Positions 16,586 to 24,774 of a stretch of 64,000 nt of DNA are shown here, piece after piece (the stretch's first letter is position 1; every line of letters begins with the position of its first letter). The notes beneath the pieces are model-generated. The model worked only from the letters and a program-made list of their open reading frames with translations. It searched no databases and was not told the DNA's origin. A program made the position numbers and the translations under genes. The DNA is from Gemmatimonadales bacterium (GTDB taxonomy: Bacteria > Gemmatimonadota > Gemmatimonadetes > Gemmatimonadales > GWC2-71-9), in contig JBAUHI010000032.1 of NCBI GenBank assembly GCA_049680185.1, forward strand, positions 3,767 through 67,766, given 5' to 3'.

Positions 16586-16624
16586 CTATGACAACTTCCG
16601 CCCGGTGCCCAGGATGGAGCGTTG

Positions 16625-17194
16625 ATGCCTGAAAGAGGTCGGTCGGGGGAGGAAACGCTTCGGCTCCATCTGGTGGTGCTCCGGTGCCAGGCGGGGGACG
16701 AGCGAGCGTTCGCCCAGCTCTTCGAGTGGTTCGGCGAGCGCACCCTCCGACACCTGCGGGCGTTGGTCGATGAGGAGGCGGAGGATGCACAGCAGGAGCT
16801 CTGGCTGGCGGTATATCGCGGCCTCGGTGGATTGAGCGATCCGGCAGCCTTCCGGACCTGGCTCTTCCAGACCACCCGGCACCGGGCCTTTGACCTGCTG
16901 CGGCGCCGGAAGCGGGAACAGCGACTGCTCGAGCTGACCGCGGCGGAGCAGACGATCGACGGTGAGGCCATCGACGACGGCTCCACCCTCGGCCCCGATG
17001 ACCTGGAGCTGGCGGAGACGATGGCGGCGCTCTCGCCGATCCACCGGGAGGTCCTGCTTTTGCGATATCAGAACGACTTGAGCTACGCGGAGATCGCGCT
17101 GGTGGCCGGCTGTTCGATCGGGACCGTCAAATCCCGGCTGCACCAGGCCAAGGCGCGATTGCGGGAGACCATCAACCGAAGGGGAACATCATGA
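16625..17194 (+). CDS. ECF (sigma-70 family) RNA polymerase sigma factor
   Basis: Region 2 EDAQQELWLAVYRGL..FRTWLFQTTRHRAFDLLRR. Region 4 LSYAEIALVAGCSIGTVKSRLHQAK. A TTG at 16622 is an alternative start. Confidence 0.85.
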   Translation: MPERGRSGEETLRLHLVVLRCQAGDERAFAQLFEWFGERTLRHLRALVDEEAEDAQQELWLAVYRGLGGLSDPAAFRTWLFQTTRHRAFDLLRRRKREQRLLELTAAEQTIDGEAIDDGSTLGPDDLELAETMAALSPIHREVLLLRYQNDLSYAEIALVAGCSIGTVKSRLHQAKARLRETINRRGTS

Positions 17195-17571
17195 AGACCG
17201 AGAGCGCGAGCGCGGGACCGACCTGGGAAGTGATCGATGCCGAGAAGCGCCGCGACCGTTTCCTCCGGCGGGTGAACTTCGCAGCGTGGGGCGCCGTATG
17301 CGCCGTCGTGCTTGTGTACGCGGTGGCGATCGGCACGATCATCGTCTGGGCGGTCAAGAGAAGCGCGGTGGGGGCCGGGTCGCTGCTGGATGCGTTGCCC
17401 ATGCTCCTTCCCTTGGTCACGATCATCGGTGTGGTCTGCCTCCTCATTGCTGTCCTGACGACGATCGCCATCTTCCTCCGCTTCCGGACCGCGAGCCTGG
17501 CGGAGATCCAGCTCCGACTCGCGGCGCTCGAGCGGATGCTCGCGTCACCACCCGACCAAACCCGAAATTGA
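17191..17571 (+). CDS. membrane protein, possible anti-sigma factor
   Basis: ATGA overlap with the sigma gene. 126 aa with two or three hydrophobic helices. No zf-HC2 motif, so the anti-sigma role is inferred from position only. Confidence 0.55.
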   Translation: MKTESASAGPTWEVIDAEKRRDRFLRRVNFAAWGAVCAVVLVYAVAIGTIIVWAVKRSAVGAGSLLDALPMLLPLVTIIGVVCLLIAVLTTIAIFLRFRTASLAEIQLRLAALERMLASPPDQTRN

Positions 17572-17627
17572 GGCTCTCAGGTGTTCCGCTCAGCGCTCCC
17601 GAGGAGGGCGCATCTGCAGTCCCGCCC

Positions 17628-20051
17628 CTACCGTCCGAAGAAGCTCAGCCCGAAGTGCATCTGCCGGTCGGCGGCGTAGCGCGAATTGAGCGACCAGGTG
17701 AAATGCGCCGCCAGGTTGAAGGGTGAGAGGAACGGCGTCAGGTTGCCCAACCCGAACCCGACCTCGCCGTAGCCGCGTGGCGCGGTGAGGAGCATCTGGT
17801 CGGCGGGCTGGGGCGCGTGGTCCACGAAGTCGGTCCAGAACACGCCCCCCTGCACGCTCAGCGTGAACGGCAGCCGGTCGATCAGCGGCAGGTGACTCCG
17901 TGAAAAGAGCAGCCGGTCGAAGTCGTGCTGCACGGTGATCATCGCCGCGCGGTTGCCGGCGTAGTTCGTGTCGCCCAGGGTATTGAACCCGCCACTCTGG
18001 TAGGTGAGCGCCTTCATCCCGAAGTCGACGGTGAAATACCGTTGCGCCGGCATGGTCCCCGACCCGATCCCCGCCGCCGCAGTGATGGTGGTGACGCCCA
18101 GCCCCAGGGTCCGCTGCCGCCGCTGTACCTGCAGCGAATAGCGCTGGTAGGTGAAGTCGTCCGGAATGATGGTCGGCGCCGCGAGCTCGGCGCCGAGGCT
18201 CACGCGCGTCCAGGTGGCCGCTGGCAGGCGATCGGTGCGGGTGCCGGTGCGCCGCATCGGCCGCGAGTCGTAGGAAATGGTCGCACCCAGGGTGCGGAGC
18301 TGGCCGTCGGTGATCGGGATGTTGGGCCGGATCGGTCGGCGGGAACGGAACACCGAATAGTCGGTGACCACTGGCAGCGTGGATTGCGCCTCGTCATCGT
18401 AGCGCAGTTCCAGGTCGGTGAAATCGGCCACTTTGGTGGTGAGTGAGAGCGTGGTCCCCCGTTCCCGGTAGTAATCGAGGGGATCGATCCCGAAGAGCAG
18501 CGCGCGCACCGTCGGATTGTACGATCCCGAGACGAACGTCGGGCGGGTCACCACCTGATCGTGGTACTGGAGCCCCAGCCACGTCCGCTGGTCGGCAGAG
18601 AGGCGCGTTCGGCCGGACACTGAGAACTCGCCTGCGTCGCTCCCGGTGGCATACCCCACGCTGCCATCGGCACCGAGCCCGGGATGCGAGTCCCATCCCG
18701 CACCGATCCCGAGGTAGGCGCCTTCGACGCGATTGAAGTGGAAAAAGGCGGGGTCGGTCAGCAGGCGGATCGAGGTGGCGATGCCGCGTCGGGCGCGGGT
18801 CGGGAGATCTGGCGGGCGGCGCGCGATCGAGTCGATCCGCAGCCAGGCGGCGCGCTCCGCCGGCGAGAGCGGAAAGGCCGAGTCAGTGGCGGCCCAGAGG
18901 GTGCTGTCGGGACGGTCGGCGGCGAGATCCACGGCGATACGCACCTCGCCCAGGTCGGCGGGGGCGTTGCCGCGGTCGAACTCGAAGTCGCTCAATTCCG
19001 CCAGATGCTCGAATGCGAGATCGTGCGGGAAGCGCGGCAACGGGATCGAGAGGTGGAGCTCGCCGCTCAGGGTGATGCGATACGGCATCCAGCGGCCCGC
19101 GGCCCCCGGACGCAGGAGCTGGCGGTAGCGGAGGTCCCGGAGTGCGGTGAAATGCACCGCCCGGTCGAAGCCGACGTCGATCCCCGCCAGGTCGAAGCTG
19201 GAGTCGGCGATGTCGACCGTGCCGATGAAGAGCGGCGTGGCCTCCGAGCGCGGTGTGAGCGCCAGGCGGAAGACCCGCTGGCCGTCGACCGTCAGGGTAT
19301 CGAGGAGATCGTAGCGATAGTTGTCGAGCGCATCATCTGCGATCGGCGACACCACCGAAAATTGCCGGAACTCGATCCGTTCCCGCTGGAAATTGGCGAT
19401 CTCGCCAGCCGTCACGAGGTTCTGGCTGGCGCGGAGGTTGCCGGTCTGGCGGCGGGCCAGGATCGTTTCCTGGTAGTGATCCGGCCGCTGCCAGTAGATG
19501 CGGCTCCGAGACTCCGTCATCAGCATCACCGCCGCCGCCGAATCCTGCGACTTGGCGAGGTCGCGGACGGTGAACTTGACGTACGCCTGGTACTGGTAGT
19601 CGTGGGTGGTGGTGACGAGCTCGTGCTTGCGAGCGATCGCGGCGCGGATGATCCGGGTCGCTGCATCGTCGGTGCCGCGGATCGTGATCGGCGCCAATGA
19701 GAACGCGACCGGGTGGAGGTACACCGACAGTCGGACGCCTGCGCTGGCGGAGTCGACGCGGATCGTCGCAGGCCGATAGCCGATCTGGCGGATATCGATG
19801 TCGACCGGGACGGTCTCGGCCTGCAGTCGGAAGCAGCCGGCGTCGTCGGTCAACGTCGAGCGACCGGTGCCGACCACCCGGACCGTGGCGAGCCGGATCG
19901 GAGCACTGACCATCGTGTCGCGGACACACCCGGTGATCGTCACCGGCGCTGGTCCCTGCGCCTGGACGGCACCGGACGTGATGGTGGAGAGCGCCAACCA
20001 CAAGAGCGTGATCCGACCTGCCAGCCCACCTCGGTCTCTGCACTTCGGCAA
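17628..20051 (-). CDS. CarboxypepD_reg plus DUF5686-like outer-membrane protein
   Basis: 807 aa. N-terminal signal. VTITGCVRDTMVSAPIRLATVRVVGTGRSTLTDDAGCFRL is carboxypeptidase-regulatory-like. The remainder is beta-rich. TTG start at 20051. Confidence 0.7.
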   Translation of the reverse strand: MPKCRDRGGLAGRITLLWLALSTITSGAVQAQGPAPVTITGCVRDTMVSAPIRLATVRVVGTGRSTLTDDAGCFRLQAETVPVDIDIRQIGYRPATIRVDSASAGVRLSVYLHPVAFSLAPITIRGTDDAATRIIRAAIARKHELVTTTHDYQYQAYVKFTVRDLAKSQDSAAAVMLMTESRSRIYWQRPDHYQETILARRQTGNLRASQNLVTAGEIANFQRERIEFRQFSVVSPIADDALDNYRYDLLDTLTVDGQRVFRLALTPRSEATPLFIGTVDIADSSFDLAGIDVGFDRAVHFTALRDLRYRQLLRPGAAGRWMPYRITLSGELHLSIPLPRFPHDLAFEHLAELSDFEFDRGNAPADLGEVRIAVDLAADRPDSTLWAATDSAFPLSPAERAAWLRIDSIARRPPDLPTRARRGIATSIRLLTDPAFFHFNRVEGAYLGIGAGWDSHPGLGADGSVGYATGSDAGEFSVSGRTRLSADQRTWLGLQYHDQVVTRPTFVSGSYNPTVRALLFGIDPLDYYRERGTTLSLTTKVADFTDLELRYDDEAQSTLPVVTDYSVFRSRRPIRPNIPITDGQLRTLGATISYDSRPMRRTGTRTDRLPAATWTRVSLGAELAAPTIIPDDFTYQRYSLQVQRRQRTLGLGVTTITAAAGIGSGTMPAQRYFTVDFGMKALTYQSGGFNTLGDTNYAGNRAAMITVQHDFDRLLFSRSHLPLIDRLPFTLSVQGGVFWTDFVDHAPQPADQMLLTAPRGYGEVGFGLGNLTPFLSPFNLAAHFTWSLNSRYAADRQMHFGLSFFGR

Positions 20052-20160
20052 ATCCGCTCCTCGTCAGGTGGTCGACCATCGCTGGGGAACGTAAGGCCAC
20101 CGGGCATGCGAAGCGGCCCGCCGACGCGCCACAGCGGGCTGACCCGATCGGACCGGCATC

Positions 20161-20217
20161 TTGACAGGGCGCCATATCTTCGGTATATATTCGGTATCGT
20201 ACCGAACATGAGCCGAA
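20161..20217 (+). promoter_or_regulatory. sigma-70-type promoter with overlapping palindromic operator
   Basis: TTGACA at 20161-20166, 17-nt spacer, TATATA at 20184-20189. Perfect palindrome TTCGGTAtcgTACCGAA at 20190-20206. Extra half-sites TTCGGTA at 20179-20185 and CCGAA at 20213-20217. Confidence 0.6.
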
Positions 20218-20228
20218 GGAAGTGAGCC

Positions 20229-20387
20229 ATGCACGCCCCTGCCCCCCGCCCTTATCCACCGGCCAAGACCGACCGCAACCCGGAAACGCTGCTGCTGATC
20301 AAGGTGTGCCCGGAGTGCGCCGGGCCGGTGGTCCGGTCATCGGGATGCATCGCGTGCGTGCAGTGCGGATGGGGCAGATGCGGGTGA
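20229..20387 (+). CDS. small Cys-rich zinc-ribbon-like protein (52 aa), below ORF-track size cutoff
   Basis: My translation: MHAPAPRPYPPAKTDRNPETLLLIKVCPECAGPVVRSSGCIACVQCGWGRCG. GAAGGAAG lies 8 nt upstream of the ATG. Mostly G/C third positions. Sits directly downstream of the promoter/operator. Confidence 0.55.
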   Translation: MHAPAPRPYPPAKTDRNPETLLLIKVCPECAGPVVRSSGCIACVQCGWGRCG

Positions 20388-20455
20388 GGGGGCGCGTGAG
20401 GCGCATGCACAGCCGCGTGGGCGCGTAACGCAGCGAAGAGCGGGTTACAACGAGC

Positions 20456-21451
20456 ATGGCCACCCAACTCCCCCTCCTCGACTCCCCTGCCCCCTGGCAG
20501 GAGCTCGCGCGCCACGCGCGGGGCGCCTCCTACGTGCGGATCGAGTCGCGTCGGGTGCTGAACGGACCGGAGTCGACGGGAATGGGCTTCTGGTCCATCA
20601 ATCCATATATCGGATGCGAGTTCGGGTGCACCTACTGCTACGCGCGGGATACGCATCGATGGGCGGTGGAGCGGGCGGGTGAGGCGCATCAGCCGCATGA
20701 CGCGCTCCCACCCTGGCTCGCCTTCGAAAAGGTGATCCTGGTCAAGTCCGATGCGCCGGCGGTCTTCTCCCGCGGTCTTGTCCCGGCCCGCGTCATCGGC
20801 GACACGATCCTGATCGGCACGGCCACCGATCCGTACCAACCGGCCGAAAAGATGTTCGGGATCACCCGCGGCATCCTCGAGCGCCTCCTCGGCTATCGCG
20901 GCCTCACGCTCGGCATCATCACGAAGTCACCCTTGGTGGTGCGCGACGTCGAGCTCCTCGCCCGGCTCTCGACGCTGCACCAGCTCAAGGTGAGCATCTC
21001 CCTGGCCTCGCTCGACCGGCAGATCGTGCGACGACTGGAGGCGCGCTCCCCTGCCCCGCTCGCCCGGCTGCGGGCCTTGAAGGCGCTCACCGATGCCGGC
21101 ATCGAAGCGGGGTTGATGGTGGCACCGATCGTCCCCGGTATCACCGACGGACGGGCCGCGCTCCTGGCGCTGCTCGCGGCCGGGAAGGAAGCGGGAGCGC
21201 GCTACGCGTACGGGTCGGCGCTCCGACTCGGGCCCGCGGCGCGTGACCGTTTCCTTCCCCATCTGGCGCAGGAGTTCCCCGCGCTCAGTGATCGCTACGC
21301 GCGACGGTACGGCAGGTCCGACCGCGCCGGGAAGGACTACGAATCGGCCCTGGCCGCACGGTTCCATGCGTTGAAGGAGCAGCTTGGGTATCGTGATCTC
21401 GGCGAGTGGAAGCACCGGAGCCAGCCGGAACGAGAAGGTTCGCGCGCCTGA
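20456..21451 (+). CDS. radical SAM protein, SplB-like (COG1533 DNA repair photolyase family)
   Basis: 331 aa. CEFGCTYCYARDTH is a CxxxCxxC cluster near the N-terminus. Overall pattern matches the SplB-like family. Confidence 0.8.
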   Translation: MATQLPLLDSPAPWQELARHARGASYVRIESRRVLNGPESTGMGFWSINPYIGCEFGCTYCYARDTHRWAVERAGEAHQPHDALPPWLAFEKVILVKSDAPAVFSRGLVPARVIGDTILIGTATDPYQPAEKMFGITRGILERLLGYRGLTLGIITKSPLVVRDVELLARLSTLHQLKVSISLASLDRQIVRRLEARSPAPLARLRALKALTDAGIEAGLMVAPIVPGITDGRAALLALLAAGKEAGARYAYGSALRLGPAARDRFLPHLAQEFPALSDRYARRYGRSDRAGKDYESALAARFHALKEQLGYRDLGEWKHRSQPEREGSRA

Positions 21452-21539
21452 CAGGTATCACGAGGCTCCGCGATCAGGGCAGTGAGGCCGAACACAGGCT
21501 CGGATCAGAGCACCATCAAACCAACAAGGAAAGCGACCG

Positions 21540-22040
21540 ATGAACATCACCACCCTGCTGCTCCCGGAGTTCGACCGCGAAATGGCCTCCACCCGGAAAG
21601 TCCTCGGGCGCGTCCCCGAGGCGAAGGCCGCCTGGAAGCCGCACCCCAAGTCCTTTTCCTTGGGCGACCTCGCGGTCCACGTCGCAACGCTCCCGTACTG
21701 GGGCACCGTGACCTTCCGCGACACCGAATTCGACTATACCGAAAAGGTCGCCAAGGACCTGGCTCGGAAGTTCGAGGGGACCGCGGCACTGCTCACAATG
21801 TTCGACAACAACGCGGCCTCTGCCCGAGCCGAGCTGGCCAAGATGACCGATGCCGGCTGGTCGGTCCCGTGGACCTTCAAGTACGAGGGCCAGGTCGTGT
21901 TCACCAAGTCGAAGTATGAGACCTACCGCACCGACACCCTCGACCACCTGATCCATCATCGGGCACAGTTGACGGTGTATCTGCGGCTCAACGACGTGCC
22001 GCTGCCGAACCTCTACGGACCGACGGCGGACGAGAAGTAA
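21540..22040 (+). CDS. DinB-superfamily protein
   Basis: 166 aa. Contains LGDLAVHVATLPYW and LDHLIHHRAQLTVYLR. Confidence 0.75.
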   Translation: MNITTLLLPEFDREMASTRKVLGRVPEAKAAWKPHPKSFSLGDLAVHVATLPYWGTVTFRDTEFDYTEKVAKDLARKFEGTAALLTMFDNNAASARAELAKMTDAGWSVPWTFKYEGQVVFTKSKYETYRTDTLDHLIHHRAQLTVYLRLNDVPLPNLYGPTADEK

Positions 22041-22155
22041 GGTGGGCGAAGAGCGGGCGAGGAGCGGGCGAGGAGCGGACGGGAAGCGGGCAACAAGCGG
22101 GCGTAGTGGGGGCGGTGATCATGCACACCTACTCTGCCCGCTTCTTGCCCGCGCC
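22041..22155. repeat. GAAGAGCGGGCG-type oligomer tract with short complementary arm
   Basis: 22041-22105 is GGTGGGCGAAGAGCGGGCGAGGAGCGGGCGAGGAGCGGACGGGAAGCGGGCAACAAGCGGGCG. 22133-22155 is CTGCCCGCTTCTTGCCCGCGCC. It fills the gap between convergent genes. Confidence 0.8.
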
Positions 22156-22878
22156 CTACAGCATGATCTTGGCGAGCTCCGGGCCCTTCATGTCGGGGCC
22201 GCCATTGTCCATCGGCTCAACGCTCAACGCCGCACCCATCACCTTGGCACTTCCCGGCGGCATCCCGGTGGTGAACGTCGCCACCTTGCCGGGAACCACC
22301 TCGAGCACCACGCCCTGCCGCATCCCGCCGTCGGTGATGAACCAGAACTGATACTTCTGCCCCACCCTGGCCGGCGGCAGGCCATGCACCACCACCGACC
22401 AGCGGTGGGTGTGCTCATCGGCAAGGATCATCATCCCGCCCTGCTCCCCGTTCATCGCAAAGCTGGCATTGAGCACCCGACTCGCGTGGCGCGCCACGGA
22501 CATCGTGTCCTGGAGTGCCGCCAAGGCGGTCCGCTGCGATGCGACATCCACCTCGAGCGCCCCGATCCGCCGCTCCAGCTGGAAGACGAGCCCCACCGCC
22601 ACCAGGAGTGACGCCGCCAGTACCAGCGGCAGGATCCACCCACGCGTGCGCCGACGTCCCAGTGCCCGATCCAGCGCTTCGCGACGGAACCCGGGACGCG
22701 GCGCCACCGGTGCCACCCCCATCGGTAGCCACGCCAGTTCCGCCTCCAGCTCGGCCACCGCCGCGCGACAATCAGGACACCGCTTGAGGTGGTCGCGGAA
22801 GCTCCGCGCCTCCTCCGCGTCGAGCGCCTGCGCCACCCAGGCCGAGCGGTGTTCGAAGAACCAATCGTGTGCGGTCAT
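22156..22878 (-). CDS. anti-sigma factor (zf-HC2 N-terminus, RskA-like C-terminus)
   Basis: ATG 22878 (MTAHDWFFEH) overlaps the sigma stop as ATGA. HLKRCPDCRAAVAELE is the H-x3-C-x2-C motif. One TM helix. C-terminal FWFITDGG..ALSVEP. Confidence 0.8.
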   Translation of the reverse strand: MTAHDWFFEHRSAWVAQALDAEEARSFRDHLKRCPDCRAAVAELEAELAWLPMGVAPVAPRPGFRREALDRALGRRRTRGWILPLVLAASLLVAVGLVFQLERRIGALEVDVASQRTALAALQDTMSVARHASRVLNASFAMNGEQGGMMILADEHTHRWSVVVHGLPPARVGQKYQFWFITDGGMRQGVVLEVVPGKVATFTTGMPPGSAKVMGAALSVEPMDNGGPDMKGPELAKIML

Positions 22879-23498
22879 TGCACCCACTCCTTGAGCGGCG
22901 CCAGTGATCGACGCAGCTTGTCGAACGCGAGTCGCAGTCGGGTCTTGACCGTCCCCATCGGGATCGAGAGTTCCTGCGCGATCTCCGAATGGGTCAGGCC
23001 GTGGAAATACGCCAGGCGCACGGCAGCGCGCTGATCCTCCGGCAGCTGGAGCAATGCCGCGTGGATCCGTTCGTGCACGTGCCAACCGGGCGTCGCCGCT
23101 TCATTGACCTCCGGCGCCGCGGTCGCGAGTTCGCCCAGCACGCCGAGCGAGTGGGCCTGGTCGGCAGTGCGGAGGCGGCGGCCTCGGCGGCGGAGGCGGT
23201 CGATGGCCCGGTTCCGCGCCACCCGGATGAGCCATGGCATCAATCCACGGGGATCAGGCTCCACTTCCCCGATGCGGTCCCACACCGTGCCGAACACCTC
23301 AAAGACCACCTCTTCGGACTCTTCCCGATCGCGCAGGATCGATTGCGTCACACCGAGGAGCCAGGGAGAGGCCAGGTCGATCAACTCCGAAAGCGCCCCC
23401 TCATCCCGTGCGAGGAGGCGCTCCCGGAGGGAGGCCGGTGCGGTGGTCGAGAGCACCGCCAGCACCGGCGTGGAGCGAATATCCCGTTCGGGCGTCAC
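22875..23498 (-). CDS. ECF RNA polymerase sigma factor
   Basis: GTG 23498 overlaps the upstream stop as GTGA. Contains WLIRVARNRAIDRLRRR and LTHSEIAQELSIPMGTVKTRLRLA. Confidence 0.85.
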   Translation of the reverse strand: MTPERDIRSTPVLAVLSTTAPASLRERLLARDEGALSELIDLASPWLLGVTQSILRDREESEEVVFEVFGTVWDRIGEVEPDPRGLMPWLIRVARNRAIDRLRRRGRRLRTADQAHSLGVLGELATAAPEVNEAATPGWHVHERIHAALLQLPEDQRAAVRLAYFHGLTHSEIAQELSIPMGTVKTRLRLAFDKLRRSLAPLKEWVQ

Positions 23499-24001
23499 GG
23501 CTTCTTCATCATCCCCGTGTCGTGCTTCATCATGCCGTCGCCGTGCTTCATCATCCCCATGCCGTGAAGCGGCGCCTTGCCGACCACCGCGTGATGTGCT
23601 TTGGACCAGACGACGACGGTGTTGTACTCCCACACCTTGGCGCTCGCGGGTACGGTAAAGGTGCCGCCGCCCTGGCCGCCGGGGAGCTCGCCGAGCTCGA
23701 GCGCCGTGTCGTCGACCTTGCCGTCCTTGGTGAGGTAGACGAAGCCGTCGGGGGAGCCGGTAGACGTGAAGTCCTTGCTGATCTCGAGGAGGTGTTTGCC
23801 GTCCTTGACCGACATCGTGAAGGTCCCGGCGGCCGTGTGGGGTGCCACCCCTTCGAACGCGACCGCCGGCATCGCGTGATCCTTCATCATCATCTTGCTG
23901 TGGTCCATCTTGCCCGAATCCATCCCCATCCCGCCGCCAGCCTGGGCTGCGAGCGGTGCTGCGAGGAGGAGGAGAGCGAGGGGGGTCAGACGCATTCGCA
24001 T
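23495..24001 (-). CDS. secreted DM13-domain protein with Met/His-rich termini
   Basis: Signal MRMRLTPLALLLLAAPLAAQA. GMGMDSGKMDHSKMMMKDHAM near the N-terminus. DM13-like core GTFTMSVKDGKHLLEISKDFTSTGSPDGFVYL. C-terminal HGMGMMKHGDGMMKHDTGMMKKP. Confidence 0.75.
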   Translation of the reverse strand: MRMRLTPLALLLLAAPLAAQAGGGMGMDSGKMDHSKMMMKDHAMPAVAFEGVAPHTAAGTFTMSVKDGKHLLEISKDFTSTGSPDGFVYLTKDGKVDDTALELGELPGGQGGGTFTVPASAKVWEYNTVVVWSKAHHAVVGKAPLHGMGMMKHGDGMMKHDTGMMKKP

Positions 24002-24082
24002 ATGAGGCTCCTGTAGGGTGTGGGGGAACTTTCAGAGAATGCCGCTCGCCCGGGTAACGCTGGCCGGGCGAGAGCGGTTCTG

Positions 24083-24490
24083 TCATCGCTTCGAGGTCGG
24101 GGACCGGGACCTGGTCCGGCGAAATGGCGCCCTCGCGATCGCTTCGCCGTGAGCGTTCGACCAGATGATCATCGTGTCATACATCCTGAGGTCCGTCCCA
24201 TCGGGGATCGGGAAGGTCCCTCCCCCGATGTCCTTGATCTCTGCCACTTGCAGCGCCGTCGAGTCGACGACTCCACGCACGGCCAGATAGATGAAGGCAT
24301 CGGGGGCACCCCTGGTCTCGAAGTCATCCGAGAGTCTGATCCAGTGCCTCGCGCCATGCGTCACCATCTGGTAGCTCCCCGAGACACTGTTGGGGGCATA
24401 CGCAGTAAAGAAGACCGGGCGGCTCATCCGCTGTGCCGCGAGCGGGGTCGCAACGAGGAGCAGGACGAGGGGAACGATGGGCAGGCGCAT
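24083..24490 (-). CDS. secreted DM13-domain protein
   Basis: Signal MRLPIVPLVLLLVATPLAAQ. Core SGSYQMVTHGARHWIRLSDDFETRGAPDAFIYL, paralogous to the downstream gene. Confidence 0.7.
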   Translation of the reverse strand: MRLPIVPLVLLLVATPLAAQRMSRPVFFTAYAPNSVSGSYQMVTHGARHWIRLSDDFETRGAPDAFIYLAVRGVVDSTALQVAEIKDIGGGTFPIPDGTDLRMYDTMIIWSNAHGEAIARAPFRRTRSRSPTSKR

Positions 24491-24624
24491 TCAGTGGTCC
24501 TCGATCCAGGGGTAGTTCTAAGATCGTCCGGCGGTGAAATAGTGCCACCCCCCCTTCGTTCTCCTGTCACATACGGCGCCTCACCCCTTGGCCCCCTCGT
24601 CACAGCGCTCTTCCTCACCCCCGA

Positions 24625-24650
24625 CCCCTCTCCACGTTCGTGGAGAGGGG
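24625..24650. repeat. perfect 11-bp stem hairpin CCCCTCTCCAC-gttc-GTGGAGAGGGG
   Basis: Read directly. It lies in the divergent region between the DM13 operon and the 24775 gene. Confidence 0.9.
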
Positions 24651-24774
24651 GGCAGATCTCGACCGGTGGACTCCCCCTCCCACAGGGAACGGGGCGGGCG
24701 CCGAAGGGTAGGCACACCGATGGCGCAGAGCGACCGCTCCTCATACAATCCCTTATCCCTCACCGTGACCGGCC

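Noticed and set aside
14842-16986. A 714-aa minus-strand ORF. Similar long antisense ORFs are 37736..39811, 41521..42819, 45457..46905, 53600..54793, 57141..58391, 59780..60598 and 63180..63884.
   Set aside because: All lie antisense to genes with clear family motifs. All have Arg/Gly/Pro/Asp-dominated low-information sequence, which is expected from GC-rich codon bias on the opposite strand.
20222-20428. A listed 68-aa ORF upstream of the radical SAM gene.
   Set aside because: The sequence is Arg/Val/Gly-rich with no RBS. The overlapping 52-codon frame starting at 20229 has an RBS and an ordered Cys pattern and is preferred.
20229-21451. Small Cys-rich peptide plus radical SAM enzyme as a RiPP biosynthetic pair.
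   Set aside because: The radical SAM protein looks like the SplB/COG1533 DNA-repair-photolyase-like family, not a SPASM/RiPP maturase. No transporter, protease or leader-recognition gene is adjacent, and the neighbour is DinB. This is kept only as a low-probability alternative.
24491-24600. An ECF-type promoter for the DM13-sigma operon.
   Set aside because: I could find GAAC-like and CGT-like pieces on the minus strand, but not with convincing spacing. It is reported as not found rather than forced.
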